The position numbers were made by a program, and so were the translations under genes. Below are positions 10,089 to 25,143 of a stretch of 64,000 nucleotides of DNA, in pieces. The stretch is from an uncultured Thermoleophilia bacterium (lineage in GTDB: Bacteria > Actinomycetota > Thermoleophilia > Gaiellales > F1-60-MAGs149). Within the stretch, counting starts at the first letter, position 1. Each line of letters opens with the position of its first letter. Below the pieces are notes generated by a model. The model searched no databases and was not told the origin of the DNA. It was given only the letters and a program-made list of their open reading frames with translations. The stretch covers positions 304,602-368,601 of the forward strand of contig CAWDBC010000007.1 of NCBI GenBank assembly GCA_963800515.1. The letters are read 5' to 3'.

Positions 10089-10673
10089 GCCGGCGAGCGT
10101 CCGGATCCGCAGATCCGCGCGGGCGGCCTCCGGCCAGCGGTCGTGGAGCACGCCCCAGGGCCCGCGGCGGATGTGGATCCCGAGCATCCCGGCGGCCTCG
10201 GCGGGCAGCACGTCGTTGTCCAGGCGGTCGCCGACCGACGCGACGGCCCCGGCCGGGACGCCGAGGAGCCGGGCGACGAGCGCGAAGAAGCGCGGATCGG
10301 GCTTCGCGACGCCCAGGCCCTCGGAGCTCGCGATGACGTCGGCGGGCAGGCCGAGCCCGACGAGGACGCGCTCCGTCGCCTGCGGCTGGTTGCCGGCGAT
10401 CGCGATCCGGAGCCCGCGGGCCCGCAGGTCCGCCAGGCAGGGGGCGGCGTCCGGATAGAGGTCGCCGGCCGCGAGGAGGATCGGCTCGCCGCGCGGTCGG
10501 TCGACCCCCAGGAGGTCCCAGACCTCCCGGTGGTCCCGGCGCCGCGCGGCCAACGCGCCGAGCGCCGCGAGGAGGGTGAACGCCGGCACGCCGGCCCGGG
10601 ACGCCTCGAGCGTCCAGGCGCGCGTCTCGTCGACGAGGGTCTCGCCGACGTCGAAGAGGACCGCCGCGACGGC
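10065..10673 (-). CDS. HAD-family hydrolase (start codon not identified)
   Basis: AVLFDVGETLVDE motif I lies upstream of the ORF-track start; AGNQ, KPDP, VGDRLDND. Confidence 0.85.
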   Translation of the reverse strand, partial: AVAAVLFDVGETLVDETRAWTLEASRAGVPAFTLLAALGALAARRRDHREVWDLLGVDRPRGEPILLAAGDLYPDAAPCLADLRARGLRIAIAGNQPQATERVLVGLGLPADVIASSEGLGVAKPDPRFFALVARLLGVPAGAVASVGDRLDNDVLPAEAAGMLGIHIRRGPWGVLHDRWPEAARADLRIRTLAGLGDRLAR

Positions 10674-10740
10674 CGGTCGCCGGCGGCCGGCGGCGCCCCT
10701 CGCCGCCTGCGGAGGACCCGTTCCCGCAGGAATCGGGGCG

Positions 10741-11841
10741 TCAGCCTCCGCCGTAGACGGAGATCGGCAGCCCGAGCTCGACGTCGTCCTCGCCGGAGCC
10801 GAGCGCCGCGAGCTCCGCCGCGGCTGCGGCGACGAGCGTGCGCGCGTCGGGAGCCGCGTCGAGGATCGCCGCCTCGACGGCCGCGATCGTCGGCAGCTGC
10901 GTCAGCTCCTGGCGCAGGGCGCGCGGGAACCGGCCCCGGCGCAGGTACCAGGCGTAGAACTTGCGGAGGAAGCCGACCGCGCGGGTTGGCCCGAGCTCGC
11001 GCTCGACCTCGCGGACGAAGCGCACGAGCTCGGCGGCGACCTCGGCGTTCGACGGCTCGATCCCGCTGGATCCGGCGCCGCCGGCGAGCTCGGCGATCAG
11101 CCACGGGTTGCCCTGGGCGCCGCGGCCGATCATCACGGCGGCCGCCCCGGTCGTCGCCAGGATCGCCTCGGCGCGGGCGCGGCTCGTGATGTCCCCGGAG
11201 GCCAGAACCGGGACGTCGACCGCCTCGACGAGCTCGGCCGTCAGCGCGTGGTCCGCGTCGCCCGTGTACATCTGCGTGACCGAGCGCGGATGGAGCGTCA
11301 GCGCCTTCGCCCCGGCCTCCACGAGGCGCGGGCCGACTGCGAGGAACGCGCGCGAGTCCGCGCGCACGCCCCGGCGCATCTTCACCGTCACCGGCACCGA
11401 CACCGCCCCGCTGACCGCCTCCACGAGGCGCGCCGCCTCCGACCCGTCCCCGTCGATCAGGTGGCCGCCTGCTCCGGTCTTCGTCACCTTGCGGACGGGG
11501 CACCCCATGTTGATGTCGATGATGTCGGCGCCGGCCGCCTCGACGACCCTGGCCGCCTCGGCCATGGGGCCCGCCTCGGCGCCGAAGATCTGGACGGCGA
11601 GCGGTCGCTCGTCGCCGGCGATCCGCAGGTAGGAGAGGGTGCGGTCGTTGCCGTGGTGGACCCCCATCGCCGAGACCATCTCCGAGCACACGAGGCCGGC
11701 GCCGTACCGGCGTCCCTGACGTCGGAAGGCCTGCACGGAGACGCCCGCCATCGGCGCCAGCACGATCCGGCTCGCGATCTCGACGTCGCCGATCGACCAG
11801 GCGTCGGTCAGCGCACGGGGCAGCGTCGGGGGACAGGGCAC
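10741..11841 (-). CDS. dusB: tRNA-dihydrouridine synthase
   Basis: LAPMAGVS, CSEMVS, DINMGCPV, VTVKMR, HPR, SGDI, MIGRGAQGNPW. Confidence 0.93.
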   Translation of the reverse strand: MPCPPTLPRALTDAWSIGDVEIASRIVLAPMAGVSVQAFRRQGRRYGAGLVCSEMVSAMGVHHGNDRTLSYLRIAGDERPLAVQIFGAEAGPMAEAARVVEAAGADIIDINMGCPVRKVTKTGAGGHLIDGDGSEAARLVEAVSGAVSVPVTVKMRRGVRADSRAFLAVGPRLVEAGAKALTLHPRSVTQMYTGDADHALTAELVEAVDVPVLASGDITSRARAEAILATTGAAAVMIGRGAQGNPWLIAELAGGAGSSGIEPSNAEVAAELVRFVREVERELGPTRAVGFLRKFYAWYLRRGRFPRALRQELTQLPTIAAVEAAILDAAPDARTLVAAAAAELAALGSGEDDVELGLPISVYGGG

Positions 11842-11848
11842 GAAGCTC

Positions 11849-11876
11849 AGGGTACCGCCGGCAGGCGCGGTACCAT
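11849..11876. promoter_or_regulatory. Back-to-back -10 hexamers for dusB (TACCCT, minus, 7 nt before GTG) and greA (TACCAT, plus)
   Basis: TAnnnT hexamers in the 109-bp divergent spacer. Confidence 0.5.
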
Positions 11877-11950
11877 GCCGCCCCTCGCGCCCTCCGCCCG
11901 GGCGTCGTCTTTCCGCCCCCGCACCACTTCTCGTCCATTGGAGGCCCATC

Positions 11951-12421
11951 GTGGCCAAGGAAGTCCGCATCACCGAAGAGGGATACCGCAAGCTGCAGGA
12001 ACGGCTCGAGGACCTCGTCGCCAACCGCCGCCGCGAGGTGGCCGAGCGCATCAAGGAGGCGCGGGAGTTCGGCGACATCTCCGAGAACTCCGAGTACGAC
12101 GACGCCAAGAACGAGCAGGCCATGCTCGAGTCGGAGATCCTCCAGATCGAGGACCAGCTGCGCGAGGCCGTCGTCGTCGACGCCACCCAGCTCGACTCGA
12201 CGATCGTCCAGGTCGGCTCGATGATCGACGTCAAGACGAAGGGCGGAGCCGCCACCTTCCAGATCGTCGGCTCGGCCGAGGCGGATCCGGACGAGAACCG
12301 GATCTCCAACGAGTCCCCGGTCGGCAAGGCCATGATCGGCCGCAAGAAGGGCGAGAAGGTCGACGTCGTCACGCCGGGCGGCAGCGTCCGGTACGAGATC
12401 GTCGCCATCAAGTCGGCGTGA
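11951..12421 (+). CDS. greA: Transcription elongation factor GreA
   Basis: AREFGDISENSEYDDAK, ISNESPVGKA. Confidence 0.97.
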   Translation: MAKEVRITEEGYRKLQERLEDLVANRRREVAERIKEAREFGDISENSEYDDAKNEQAMLESEILQIEDQLREAVVVDATQLDSTIVQVGSMIDVKTKGGAATFQIVGSAEADPDENRISNESPVGKAMIGRKKGEKVDVVTPGGSVRYEIVAIKSA

Positions 12422-13908
12422 CCCCCGACGGGCCGTCCCCGCCGCCCGGCGGTGAGCCGGGCGGCGAGCAGCGGGACGCCCGCTCCTTCGACCGGCTCGC
12501 CCACCGCTTCGACGGCCGCTCGCCCACCACGGCCGTGCTCGCCGCGGGCGCGGAGCTCGAACCGGGCGAGGAGTCGGAGGTGATGCTCCGTCTGGCCGGC
12601 CGGATCCTCGGCCGCCGCGGTCAGGGCAAGCTCGTCTTCCTCGAGCTGCAGGACCTCGCCGGCCGGGTGCAGCTCCTGGCGAGCCGCGCGGCCCTCTCCG
12701 ACGAGGCCTTCGGGGTCGCCTCCCGGGTGAGCCTCGGCGACATCCTGGGCGTCGCCGGACGCGTCATCCGGACCCGCCGCGGCGAGGTCTCCCTCGCCCT
12801 GGACGCCGCCGAGCTCCTGGCGCCGAACCGGCTGCCCCTCCCCGACACCTGGTCCGGCCTGCGGGACGTCGAGCAGCGCTACCGCCAGCGCTACCTCGAC
12901 CTCCTGATCTCGGCGGACGCGCGAGAGCTCGCCCTCCGCCGGTCGCGCCTGGTCTCCGCCATCCGCGGCTTCATGGACGCCCGCGGCTTCGCCGAGGTGG
13001 AGACGCCGATCCTGCAGCCGCTCTACGGCGGGGCCGCGGCGCGGCCGTTCACGACGCACCACAACCAGCTCGACCGGACCTTCTACCTGCGGATCGCGAC
13101 GGAGCTCTACCTCAAGCGGCTGATCGTCGGCGGCCTCGAGAAGGTGTACGAGATCGGCCGGACGTTCCGCAACGAGGGCGTCTCGTTCAAGCACAACCCC
13201 GAGTTCACCATGCTCGAGAGCTACGAGGCCTACGCGGACTACACGGCGGTGATGGCGATGACCGAGGAGCTGATCGCCACAGCGGCGAGGGCCGCGCTCG
13301 GCACCACCGTGGTCGAGACGGACCAGGGGCCCGTCGACCTGGCGCCGCCGTGGCCGCGGATCCGGCTCGGCGAGGCGATCGCGGGCGCCTGCGGGATCGA
13401 TCCCTTCGCGGGGCCGCGGGACCCGGACGCCCTCCGCGAGCGGCTCCACGCCGCCGGCGTCGACACCTCCCGCGACCGGACGTGGGCGCAGCTGGTCGAC
13501 CACCTCCTCTCCCACTTCGTGGAGCCCACGGTGACCGCGCCCGTCTTCCTCGTCGACTACCCCGTCGAGCTCTCCCCGCTCGCGCGCGGCAAGCAGGACG
13601 AGCCGGGGATGACCGAGCGCTTCGAGGCCTTCTGCGCCGGTATGGAGCTCGCGAACGGCTACTCCGAGCTGAACGACCCCGCCGAGCAGCGCGCGCGGTT
13701 CGAGGAGCAGGCGGCGGCCGGGCGCGCCGGCGACGAGGACGCCCATCCTGTCGACCAGGACTACGTGCGGGCGCTCTCCTACGGGATGCCGCCGACGGGG
13801 GGCCTCGGCGTCGGCATCGACCGCCTCGCGATGCTCCTCCTGGGCCGGCCCTCGATCCGCGAGGTCGTGCTCTTCCCCGCGCTCCGGGACGCCCCGCCCG
13901 ACCCGTAG
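12418..13908 (+). CDS. lysS: Lysine--tRNA ligase (class II)
   Basis: RYRQRYLDL, EVETPIL, GGAAARPF, FRNEG..HNPEFTMLE, YGMPPTGGLGVGIDRL; GTGA overlap with greA. Confidence 0.97.
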   Translation: MTPDGPSPPPGGEPGGEQRDARSFDRLAHRFDGRSPTTAVLAAGAELEPGEESEVMLRLAGRILGRRGQGKLVFLELQDLAGRVQLLASRAALSDEAFGVASRVSLGDILGVAGRVIRTRRGEVSLALDAAELLAPNRLPLPDTWSGLRDVEQRYRQRYLDLLISADARELALRRSRLVSAIRGFMDARGFAEVETPILQPLYGGAAARPFTTHHNQLDRTFYLRIATELYLKRLIVGGLEKVYEIGRTFRNEGVSFKHNPEFTMLESYEAYADYTAVMAMTEELIATAARAALGTTVVETDQGPVDLAPPWPRIRLGEAIAGACGIDPFAGPRDPDALRERLHAAGVDTSRDRTWAQLVDHLLSHFVEPTVTAPVFLVDYPVELSPLARGKQDEPGMTERFEAFCAGMELANGYSELNDPAEQRARFEEQAAAGRAGDEDAHPVDQDYVRALSYGMPPTGGLGVGIDRLAMLLLGRPSIREVVLFPALRDAPPDP

Positions 13909-14285
13909 GGGGCCGGCTCGCCGGGCCCGCCCGGCCGCCCTGCGCTCCGGGGATCCCGGCCCGATCGGCGGCCGTCGGGGCGCGCTCCGGAGGGACGCGG
14001 CCGGCGGGAATGCCTCGACCGGTGGACCGTTTCCCCTGCTGCACGGGTCGTGCTCCGTCGACGGGGTGGAGTGCGGCAATCCCCGTGGTAGGCTGGATCA
14101 GCGGACCCTCGCCCCGGGTCGGGTGCCGGGGAACGCGGCCGGACCGTCCACGCCACCGAGCCATCCGGACCACCCCAACGAGCCGACACCGTACGAGCGA
14201 CCAGACCACCGTGGCCGTTCGTGCGAAGACCGAGGACAAGGATCTACGATCGCACCGCCCTACGTGAGAAAGGAGGGCTGATTCG

Positions 14286-16808
<2,523 letters not shown>

Positions 16809-16878
16809 GCAGTCGCTCGAGGGGCCCGGTCGGCGGAGCGAGCGCCGACCGGGCCCCTCGACGTTCGTGGGGCCGCGG

Positions 16879-18081
16879 TCAGGCCGTCTCGGCCGCCGCT
16901 CGGGCCCGGGGAGGTCGCCACGCGCGGGCCACGGCGAGCGCTCCGACGGTCAGGCCCGCCAGGGCGACGGCCGCCCGCGCCCCGGCGAGCCCGGTCAGGA
17001 GGGGCGCCGAGACCGCGCCGACGATGCTCGCAGCCACCATCACCGAGTCCGTCAGGCCGAGAATGCCCGCGGCCTGGGACGGAGGCACGGAGTCCTGGAT
17101 CGTCGTCGTCGTCACCGTCTCGATCTGGACCGACGCGGCGCCGACGAGCGCGAGGGCCGGAAGCGCCGTCACAGGGCCGCCGCTGACGGAGACGAGGAGG
17201 AGCGGCGTGGCGAGGGTGAGGAGCGAGATGGCGGTGAGGCCGGCGCCGAGCAGGCGGTAGAGGATCGGTGCGAGGAGCGCCCCGAAGCCGAGGACGGCCG
17301 TGGCGAGCCCGAAGCTTCCGGCCCCGCGTTCCCAGTCGCTCTCCGCCAGCGGCAGGAGGGAGACGGCGACGAGGTTGTCGACCAGGTTGACGACGGCCAC
17401 GACGAGGATCGCGGTGAGGGCGGCCGGGGTCGCGGCGAGGAGCCGGAGGCCGATGGCGTCCGCCGTGCCGGCGGGCCAGGCGGGCGCCACCCCCGGCCCC
17501 CGCGACCACGGGCGGACGAGCGGGATGGCCGCCGCCGAGGCGGTCGCCGCCCCGGCGATCACGACCCAGCCGGGGACGAGCCCGAGCAGCGCGCCCGCGA
17601 AGGCGGGCCCGACGACGAAGGCGCTGACCTCGATCGTCACGAGGGCCGCCGTCGCCCGGGCGGCGGCCGCGCCCTCCGTCTCCGGGAGCGCCGCGGCGAT
17701 CGCGGGGAAGGCCGGCGTGCCGATCGCCACCGCGAGCGTCGAGCAGGCGACGGCGAGGACGAGCGAGCCCCCGGCCAGGGCGACGGCCGCGAGCGTCAGG
17801 AAGAGCGTGCGGCCGACGGTGGACAGCACGACGAGGCGACCGCGGTGCGCGCGGTCGGCGAGGCGGCCGGCGAGCCAGGAGAGCGCGACGTAGGGCGCGA
17901 GGCGCGCCGCACCGACGAACCCGAGCCAGGACCCTCCACCGGTCGCGTCCCAGACGCCGAGGAGGAGCACCGGCCACGGCGCGGCCATCGCCGCGGCCGC
18001 GAGCGCGTGCGAGGCGAGCGCGCCGAGCACGGCGGGCCGCAGCGGGGGCTCGGCCCGCCCACGATCCTCCACTGTCGGCAC
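16879..18081 (-). CDS. MFS transporter (efflux-like)
   Basis: AGRLADRAHRGR motif, multiple TMs; divergent from a LysR regulator. Confidence 0.85.
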   Translation of the reverse strand: MPTVEDRGRAEPPLRPAVLGALASHALAAAAMAAPWPVLLLGVWDATGGGSWLGFVGAARLAPYVALSWLAGRLADRAHRGRLVVLSTVGRTLFLTLAAVALAGGSLVLAVACSTLAVAIGTPAFPAIAAALPETEGAAAARATAALVTIEVSAFVVGPAFAGALLGLVPGWVVIAGAATASAAAIPLVRPWSRGPGVAPAWPAGTADAIGLRLLAATPAALTAILVVAVVNLVDNLVAVSLLPLAESDWERGAGSFGLATAVLGFGALLAPILYRLLGAGLTAISLLTLATPLLLVSVSGGPVTALPALALVGAASVQIETVTTTTIQDSVPPSQAAGILGLTDSVMVAASIVGAVSAPLLTGLAGARAAVALAGLTVGALAVARAWRPPRARAAAETA

Positions 18082-18244
18082 GGTGGCGATGCTCCAACTC
18101 CTCCGTCGGCTCCTGTCCGGGGAGAGGAGCCCCGGGCGGCGGTGATACGAGGACCCCGTGCCGCCGGGTCACGCCCCCCTCCGGGCGTCGGCGACCGGAG
18201 CGGAGAGACGTCCGGTGCGCCGGAAGGTCCATCGCCCAGACGCA

Positions 18245-18257
18245 TCATCTGCTTCAA
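18245..18257. promoter_or_regulatory. Candidate LysR-type T-N11-A box
   Basis: TCATCTGCTTCAA, an AT-rich island just upstream of the LysR ATG in the divergent spacer. Confidence 0.4.
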
Positions 18258-18264
18258 TACGGTC

Positions 18265-19233
18265 ATGGAAAGCGATGGACTCCTCGGTGTCGAGTTCCGC
18301 CACCTCCGCGCGCTCCTCGCGATCGCGGAGACCCGCAGCTTCTCGCGGGCGGCGATCGAGCTCGGGTACGCCCAGTCGGCGGTCTCCCAGCAGGTGGCGA
18401 CGCTCGAGCGCGCCGTCGGGCACACGCTCGTGGAGCGCCCCGGCGGCCCGCGCCCCGTCTCGCTGACGGAGTCCGGCGAGGTCCTGGTCCGCCACGCGGA
18501 GCGCCTGGTCTCCCGGCTCCGGGCGGCCAAGGCCGACCTCGACGCGCTCGCCTCGGGCGACGCTGGGACCGTGCGGATCGGCGTCTTCCAGTCCGTGGGC
18601 GCGCGCGTCCTGCCCACCATTCTCAAGCGGTTCGCCGATCTCTGGCCCCAGGTCCACGTTGAGCTCGCCGAGGCGCACGACGACGCCGTGCTGGCCGGTG
18701 CCCTCGAGACGGGCGAGCTCGATCTGACCTTCGTCGGCTCGACCGTCCGCGACCCCCGGTTCTGGTACCGCCCGCTCCTCGACGACCCCTACTTCCTCCT
18801 CGCGCCACCCGGCTCGCCGATGGCGCGGGCGAAGGTCGCCCGCCTGGCCGCGCTGGACGGCGCGGACATGGTCGCCTTCTCGGCCGGCCCCTGCGACGAG
18901 CGCTCGCGGCAGGCGGAGCAGCGGGCGGGCGCGCTCACGAATGTCGTCTTCCGCTCCGACGACAACCTGACCGTGCAGCGCCTCGTCGGCGCCGGCCTCG
19001 GCTACGCCCTCATGCCCGACCTGGCGATCGAGCGCGGCGAGCACGCCGGCGAGGCGGTCATCGTCGAGCTGACGAAGGCCGACAGCTTCCATCGCCGGAT
19101 CGAGCTCGCGGGCGTGCGCGACCGCGTCCAGACGCCGGCCTCGCGCGCCTTCGTCGAGCTCTCGATCGAGGTGTTCGCGGAGGCCGCGGAGGCCCGCGGC
19201 GCCGAGCCCTTCCTCGAGCCGGTCGCCGCGTAG
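18265..19233 (+). CDS. LysR-family transcriptional regulator
   Basis: HLRALLAIAETRSFSRAAIELGYAQSAVSQQVATLE HTH, plus substrate-binding domain. Confidence 0.95.
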   Translation: MESDGLLGVEFRHLRALLAIAETRSFSRAAIELGYAQSAVSQQVATLERAVGHTLVERPGGPRPVSLTESGEVLVRHAERLVSRLRAAKADLDALASGDAGTVRIGVFQSVGARVLPTILKRFADLWPQVHVELAEAHDDAVLAGALETGELDLTFVGSTVRDPRFWYRPLLDDPYFLLAPPGSPMARAKVARLAALDGADMVAFSAGPCDERSRQAEQRAGALTNVVFRSDDNLTVQRLVGAGLGYALMPDLAIERGEHAGEAVIVELTKADSFHRRIELAGVRDRVQTPASRAFVELSIEVFAEAAEARGAEPFLEPVAA

Positions 19234-19345
19234 CGGAGGGCGGGCCTCGATCCGGAGCGTCCGGATCGTCGGCCGCCGAGCTCTGCCCGGGCGCCCGCCG
19301 CGGGCGGTCGGATGCGTCGGTGGGCGTGGGATACTGTCTCGGGAG

Positions 19346-20506
19346 ATGACGGAGAGCGCCTACCTCGCGTTCGTCGGCGCGCTCCTCCTGGTCGGCGCGA
19401 TCGGCGTCCCGCTGTCGATGTGGCTCGCTCCCCGCCTCGGGGTGGTCGCCTATCCGGGGGGCCGCCACATCCACGAGGCGGCCATGCCCGCGATGGGCGG
19501 GGTCGCGATCGTCGCCGGGGTCGTCCTGGACGTCGCCTTCCGCACGGACGTCACGAACCGGTACGGGGCGATCCTCGCGGGCGCGGTCGTGATGATGGCG
19601 GTCGGGCTGGCGGACGACCGCTTCGACCTCCCTCCGGCCATCAAGTTCGGCGGTCAGATCGCCGCCTCGCTGCTGCCGATCTGGAGCGGCGTGACGATCG
19701 ACAACCTGACCCTGCCGTTCGTCCCGGCCGGCATCGCACTCGGCTACGCGGCCGGTCCCGTCACGGTCGTCTTCATCGTCGCCTGCGCCAACATCGTCAA
19801 CTTCTCCGACGGGATGGACGGCCTCGCCGGCGGGCTGTGCGCGATCGCCGCCGCGACCTTCGCGGTCCTCGCCCTCTCCTTCGACCGCGGCCCGTCGGCG
19901 ATCCTGGCGGCCGCCGTCGCCGGCGCGTGCGTCGGCTTCCTCGTCTGGAACTTCCATCCGGCGATGACCTTCATGGGCGACTCGGGCTCGCTCGCCCTCG
20001 GCTTCCTGCTCGCGACCATGTCGATCCAGGGCGTGATGAAGACGTCCGCCGCCCTGACCCTCGTGTTCCCGCTCCTGGTGCTCGCCGTGCCGATCCTCGA
20101 CACCTCGTTCGTCGTCCTCAAGCGGTTGAAGTACGGTCGGCCGATCGCGAGCGCCGACGTCAACCACCTCCATCACCGGCTGCTCCGGGTCGGCTACTCG
20201 CAGCGCCAGGCCGCCCTGTTCCTCTACGCCTGGTGCGGCATCCTCTCCGGGTTCTCCGTGACCGTCCGCTTCCTGCCGCCCAAGCCGCACGGCACCTGGG
20301 ACCCGGCCCACGCCGCCGTCGACGCGGCCGTCGCCCTGGCGGCCCTCGCCGCATCGTTCGCCGTGGTCTACCAGCTCGAGATCATCAAGTACCGCCACGT
20401 GCGGATCCTCGGCCTCGCCCGGCGCGTGGACGCGTCGAGCTCCGAGCCGATCGTCGTGGCGCGCCGGAGGCGGCGTGCCGAGGCGAAGTCGCGCGCCGTC
20501 GCCTGA
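19346..20506 (+). CDS. Polyprenyl-phosphate GlcNAc-1-phosphate transferase (WecA/TagO/MraY family, GT4)
   Basis: GLADDRFD, NIVNFSDGMDGLA, FMGDSGSL, VPILDT, HLHHRLL. Confidence 0.92.
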   Translation: MTESAYLAFVGALLLVGAIGVPLSMWLAPRLGVVAYPGGRHIHEAAMPAMGGVAIVAGVVLDVAFRTDVTNRYGAILAGAVVMMAVGLADDRFDLPPAIKFGGQIAASLLPIWSGVTIDNLTLPFVPAGIALGYAAGPVTVVFIVACANIVNFSDGMDGLAGGLCAIAAATFAVLALSFDRGPSAILAAAVAGACVGFLVWNFHPAMTFMGDSGSLALGFLLATMSIQGVMKTSAALTLVFPLLVLAVPILDTSFVVLKRLKYGRPIASADVNHLHHRLLRVGYSQRQAALFLYAWCGILSGFSVTVRFLPPKPHGTWDPAHAAVDAAVALAALAASFAVVYQLEIIKYRHVRILGLARRVDASSSEPIVVARRRRRAEAKSRAVA

Positions 20507-20673
20507 CCGCTCGGACCGCCGCGACCGCCGCTTCCCGGTCCCGCCCGGCTCCCGCCGAACGCCCTCTTCGGGGGGGTGGGGGGAGCTTCTCCCGCCTGCT
20601 ATCGTGCGGGCGTTCGGTCGCCCCGACGGGGTTCGAGCAACGGCCAGAGCCAGCACGAGAAGGGGTTACCCAC

Positions 20674-20880
20674 ATGAGCGGAACCGCGGGGCGCCGGGAC
20701 GCCTCCGGGCTCGGAGCGGGGATCCAGCTGATCGGGATGGTGGCGGTCGGCGTGGTGATCGGCCTCGTGATCGGGGCGATCGTGGGCGGTCTCGTCTGGT
20801 TCGCGCTCGCGGGCGGCCTCCTCGGCCTCGTGGCCGGGTTCTACAGCGTGTACACCTCGTACTTCAAGGAACGACCCTGA
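20674..20880 (+). CDS. AtpZ/AtpI-family small membrane protein
   Basis: 68 aa, two Gly-rich TMs, first gene of the atp cluster. Confidence 0.75.
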   Translation: MSGTAGRRDASGLGAGIQLIGMVAVGVVIGLVIGAIVGGLVWFALAGGLLGLVAGFYSVYTSYFKERP

Positions 20881-21283
20881 GCTATCCCGTCTACAGCGGA
20901 CTCCCCGTCGCCGGCCCGACCGCGCTCCAGTGGGCCGGCGTCGCCGTGGCGGCGATCGGCCTGCCCGTCGCCCTCGTCGCCGGGATCTCGCTCGTGGGCT
21001 ACGCGATCGGCGCCGCGCTCTACCTGGCGAACTTCCTGGTCGCGCTCGCCACCGATCTCCTGGCGCGCGGTCAGGGCGAGGTGACGGCGATGGGGATCAC
21101 CTCGATGGCGTTCATGATGCGGGCCTTCGCGACGGTGGGCATGCTCTTCCTGACGAACTACACCGCGGGCAGGACCGTCGCGATCACAGCGGCCATCGTC
21201 TTCCTCGTCCTCTTCAGCATCGGGCTCACGGTGCGCGCCTTCGGCGCCCTGATCGCCCGCAGCCACGCCATGGAGGGCTCCGC

Positions 21284-21287
<4 letters not shown>
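20877..21287 (+). CDS. ATP synthase subunit I-like membrane protein (probable CTG start)
   Basis: Four TM segments; CTGA overlap with the upstream stop; directly precedes atpB. Confidence 0.65.
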
Positions 21288-22478
<1,191 letters not shown>

Positions 22479-22485
22479 GTCGATC

Positions 22486-23010
22486 GTGTTCGCTGCCGAC
22501 AACAAGCAGCTGCTGACGCCCTCCGTCACCCTCCTGATCTGGACGGTGGTGATCTTCCTCGTCTTCTTCTTCGTGCTGCGCCGGTACGCGTTCGGACCGA
22601 TCGCCGAGGGGCTCGAGAAGCGCCGCCGCGCGGTCCAGGACAACATCGAGGCGGCCGAGCACGCCCGCGACGAGGCCCAGCGCCTGCTCGAGGAGTACCG
22701 GGCGAAGCTCGCCGAGGCCCGGCAGGAGTCGAACGCCATCCTCGACCGCGCCCGCCGCACGGGCGACGAGGACCGGCGGCGCGCGTCCGAGGAGATCGCC
22801 GCGGAGCGCGATCGCGCCGTCGGCGAGGTCCAGCGCGCGATCCAGGCCGAGACCCGGCAGTCGATCGACCGGATCCGCCGCGAGGTGGCCGAGCTGACGC
22901 TGCTGGCGACCGAGAAGGTCCTCGCCCGGAAGCTCGACGAGGGCGAGCAGCGGCGGCTGATCGACGAGGCGCTCGACGGCGTCGACTTCTCCAAGCTGAC
23001 GGAGGCGTAG
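22486..23010 (+). CDS. atpF: F0F1 ATP synthase subunit b
   Basis: N-terminal TM, RRYAFGPI, long coiled coil. Confidence 0.94.
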   Translation: MFAADNKQLLTPSVTLLIWTVVIFLVFFFVLRRYAFGPIAEGLEKRRRAVQDNIEAAEHARDEAQRLLEEYRAKLAEARQESNAILDRARRTGDEDRRRASEEIAAERDRAVGEVQRAIQAETRQSIDRIRREVAELTLLATEKVLARKLDEGEQRRLIDEALDGVDFSKLTEA

Positions 23011-23017
23011 CGCGGGC

Positions 23018-23559
23018 ATGGCCGATCCCTCCGCGACCGTCTACGCGACCGCCATCTACGGCGCCGCCACGGACGCCGGCACGGCGGACCAGGTCGGGCG
23101 CGACCTCGCGAGCCTCGTCCGCGCCCTGGCCGAGACGCCGGGCCTCGGCCGCGTTCTCTGGAACCCCGCCGTCCCCTCCGAGGTCAAGGGCCGGGTGCTC
23201 GCCGGCCTCGCGGGGACAGCGACCCGGTGCTCGCCCGATCGCTCGCCGTCCTCCTCGAGAACGGCCGGCTGGACCTGCTGCCCGACGTCCAGGAGGCGTA
23301 CGCCAGCCGCTATGCGGCCGAGCACGACGAGCTCGACGTCGTCCTGACGACGGCGATCCAGATCTCCGACGAGCAGGCCGAGGGGCTGCGCTCCGAGCTC
23401 GCCGCGGCCACCGGGAAGTCCGTCCGCCTGGAGCGCCGGATCGATCCGGCCATCCTCGGCGGCATCGTCCTGCGCGTCCGCGACCTGCTCGTGGACGCCT
23501 CGGTGCGCCGCCGGCTCGAGCTCCTCCGCCTCGACCTCACCTCCTCCCGCTCGCTCTGA
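23018..23559 (+). CDS. atpH: F0F1 ATP synthase subunit delta, frameshifted near 23212-23220
   Basis: YATAIY...NPAVP in one frame; LLENGRL...[21 protein letters not shown] in another. Confidence 0.9.
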
Positions 23560-23581
23560 CATCGCCTCAAGGGATCCGCCC

Positions 23582-25140
<1,559 letters not shown>

Positions 25141-25143
25141 CGG

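Noticed and set aside
18082..18264. Possible riboswitch in the MFS leader (GC hairpins, TCGTATC)
   Set aside because: No complete match to purine, ZTP, SAM, TPP or guanidine consensus by eye; the divergent LysR arrangement explains the region. An Rfam scan would settle it
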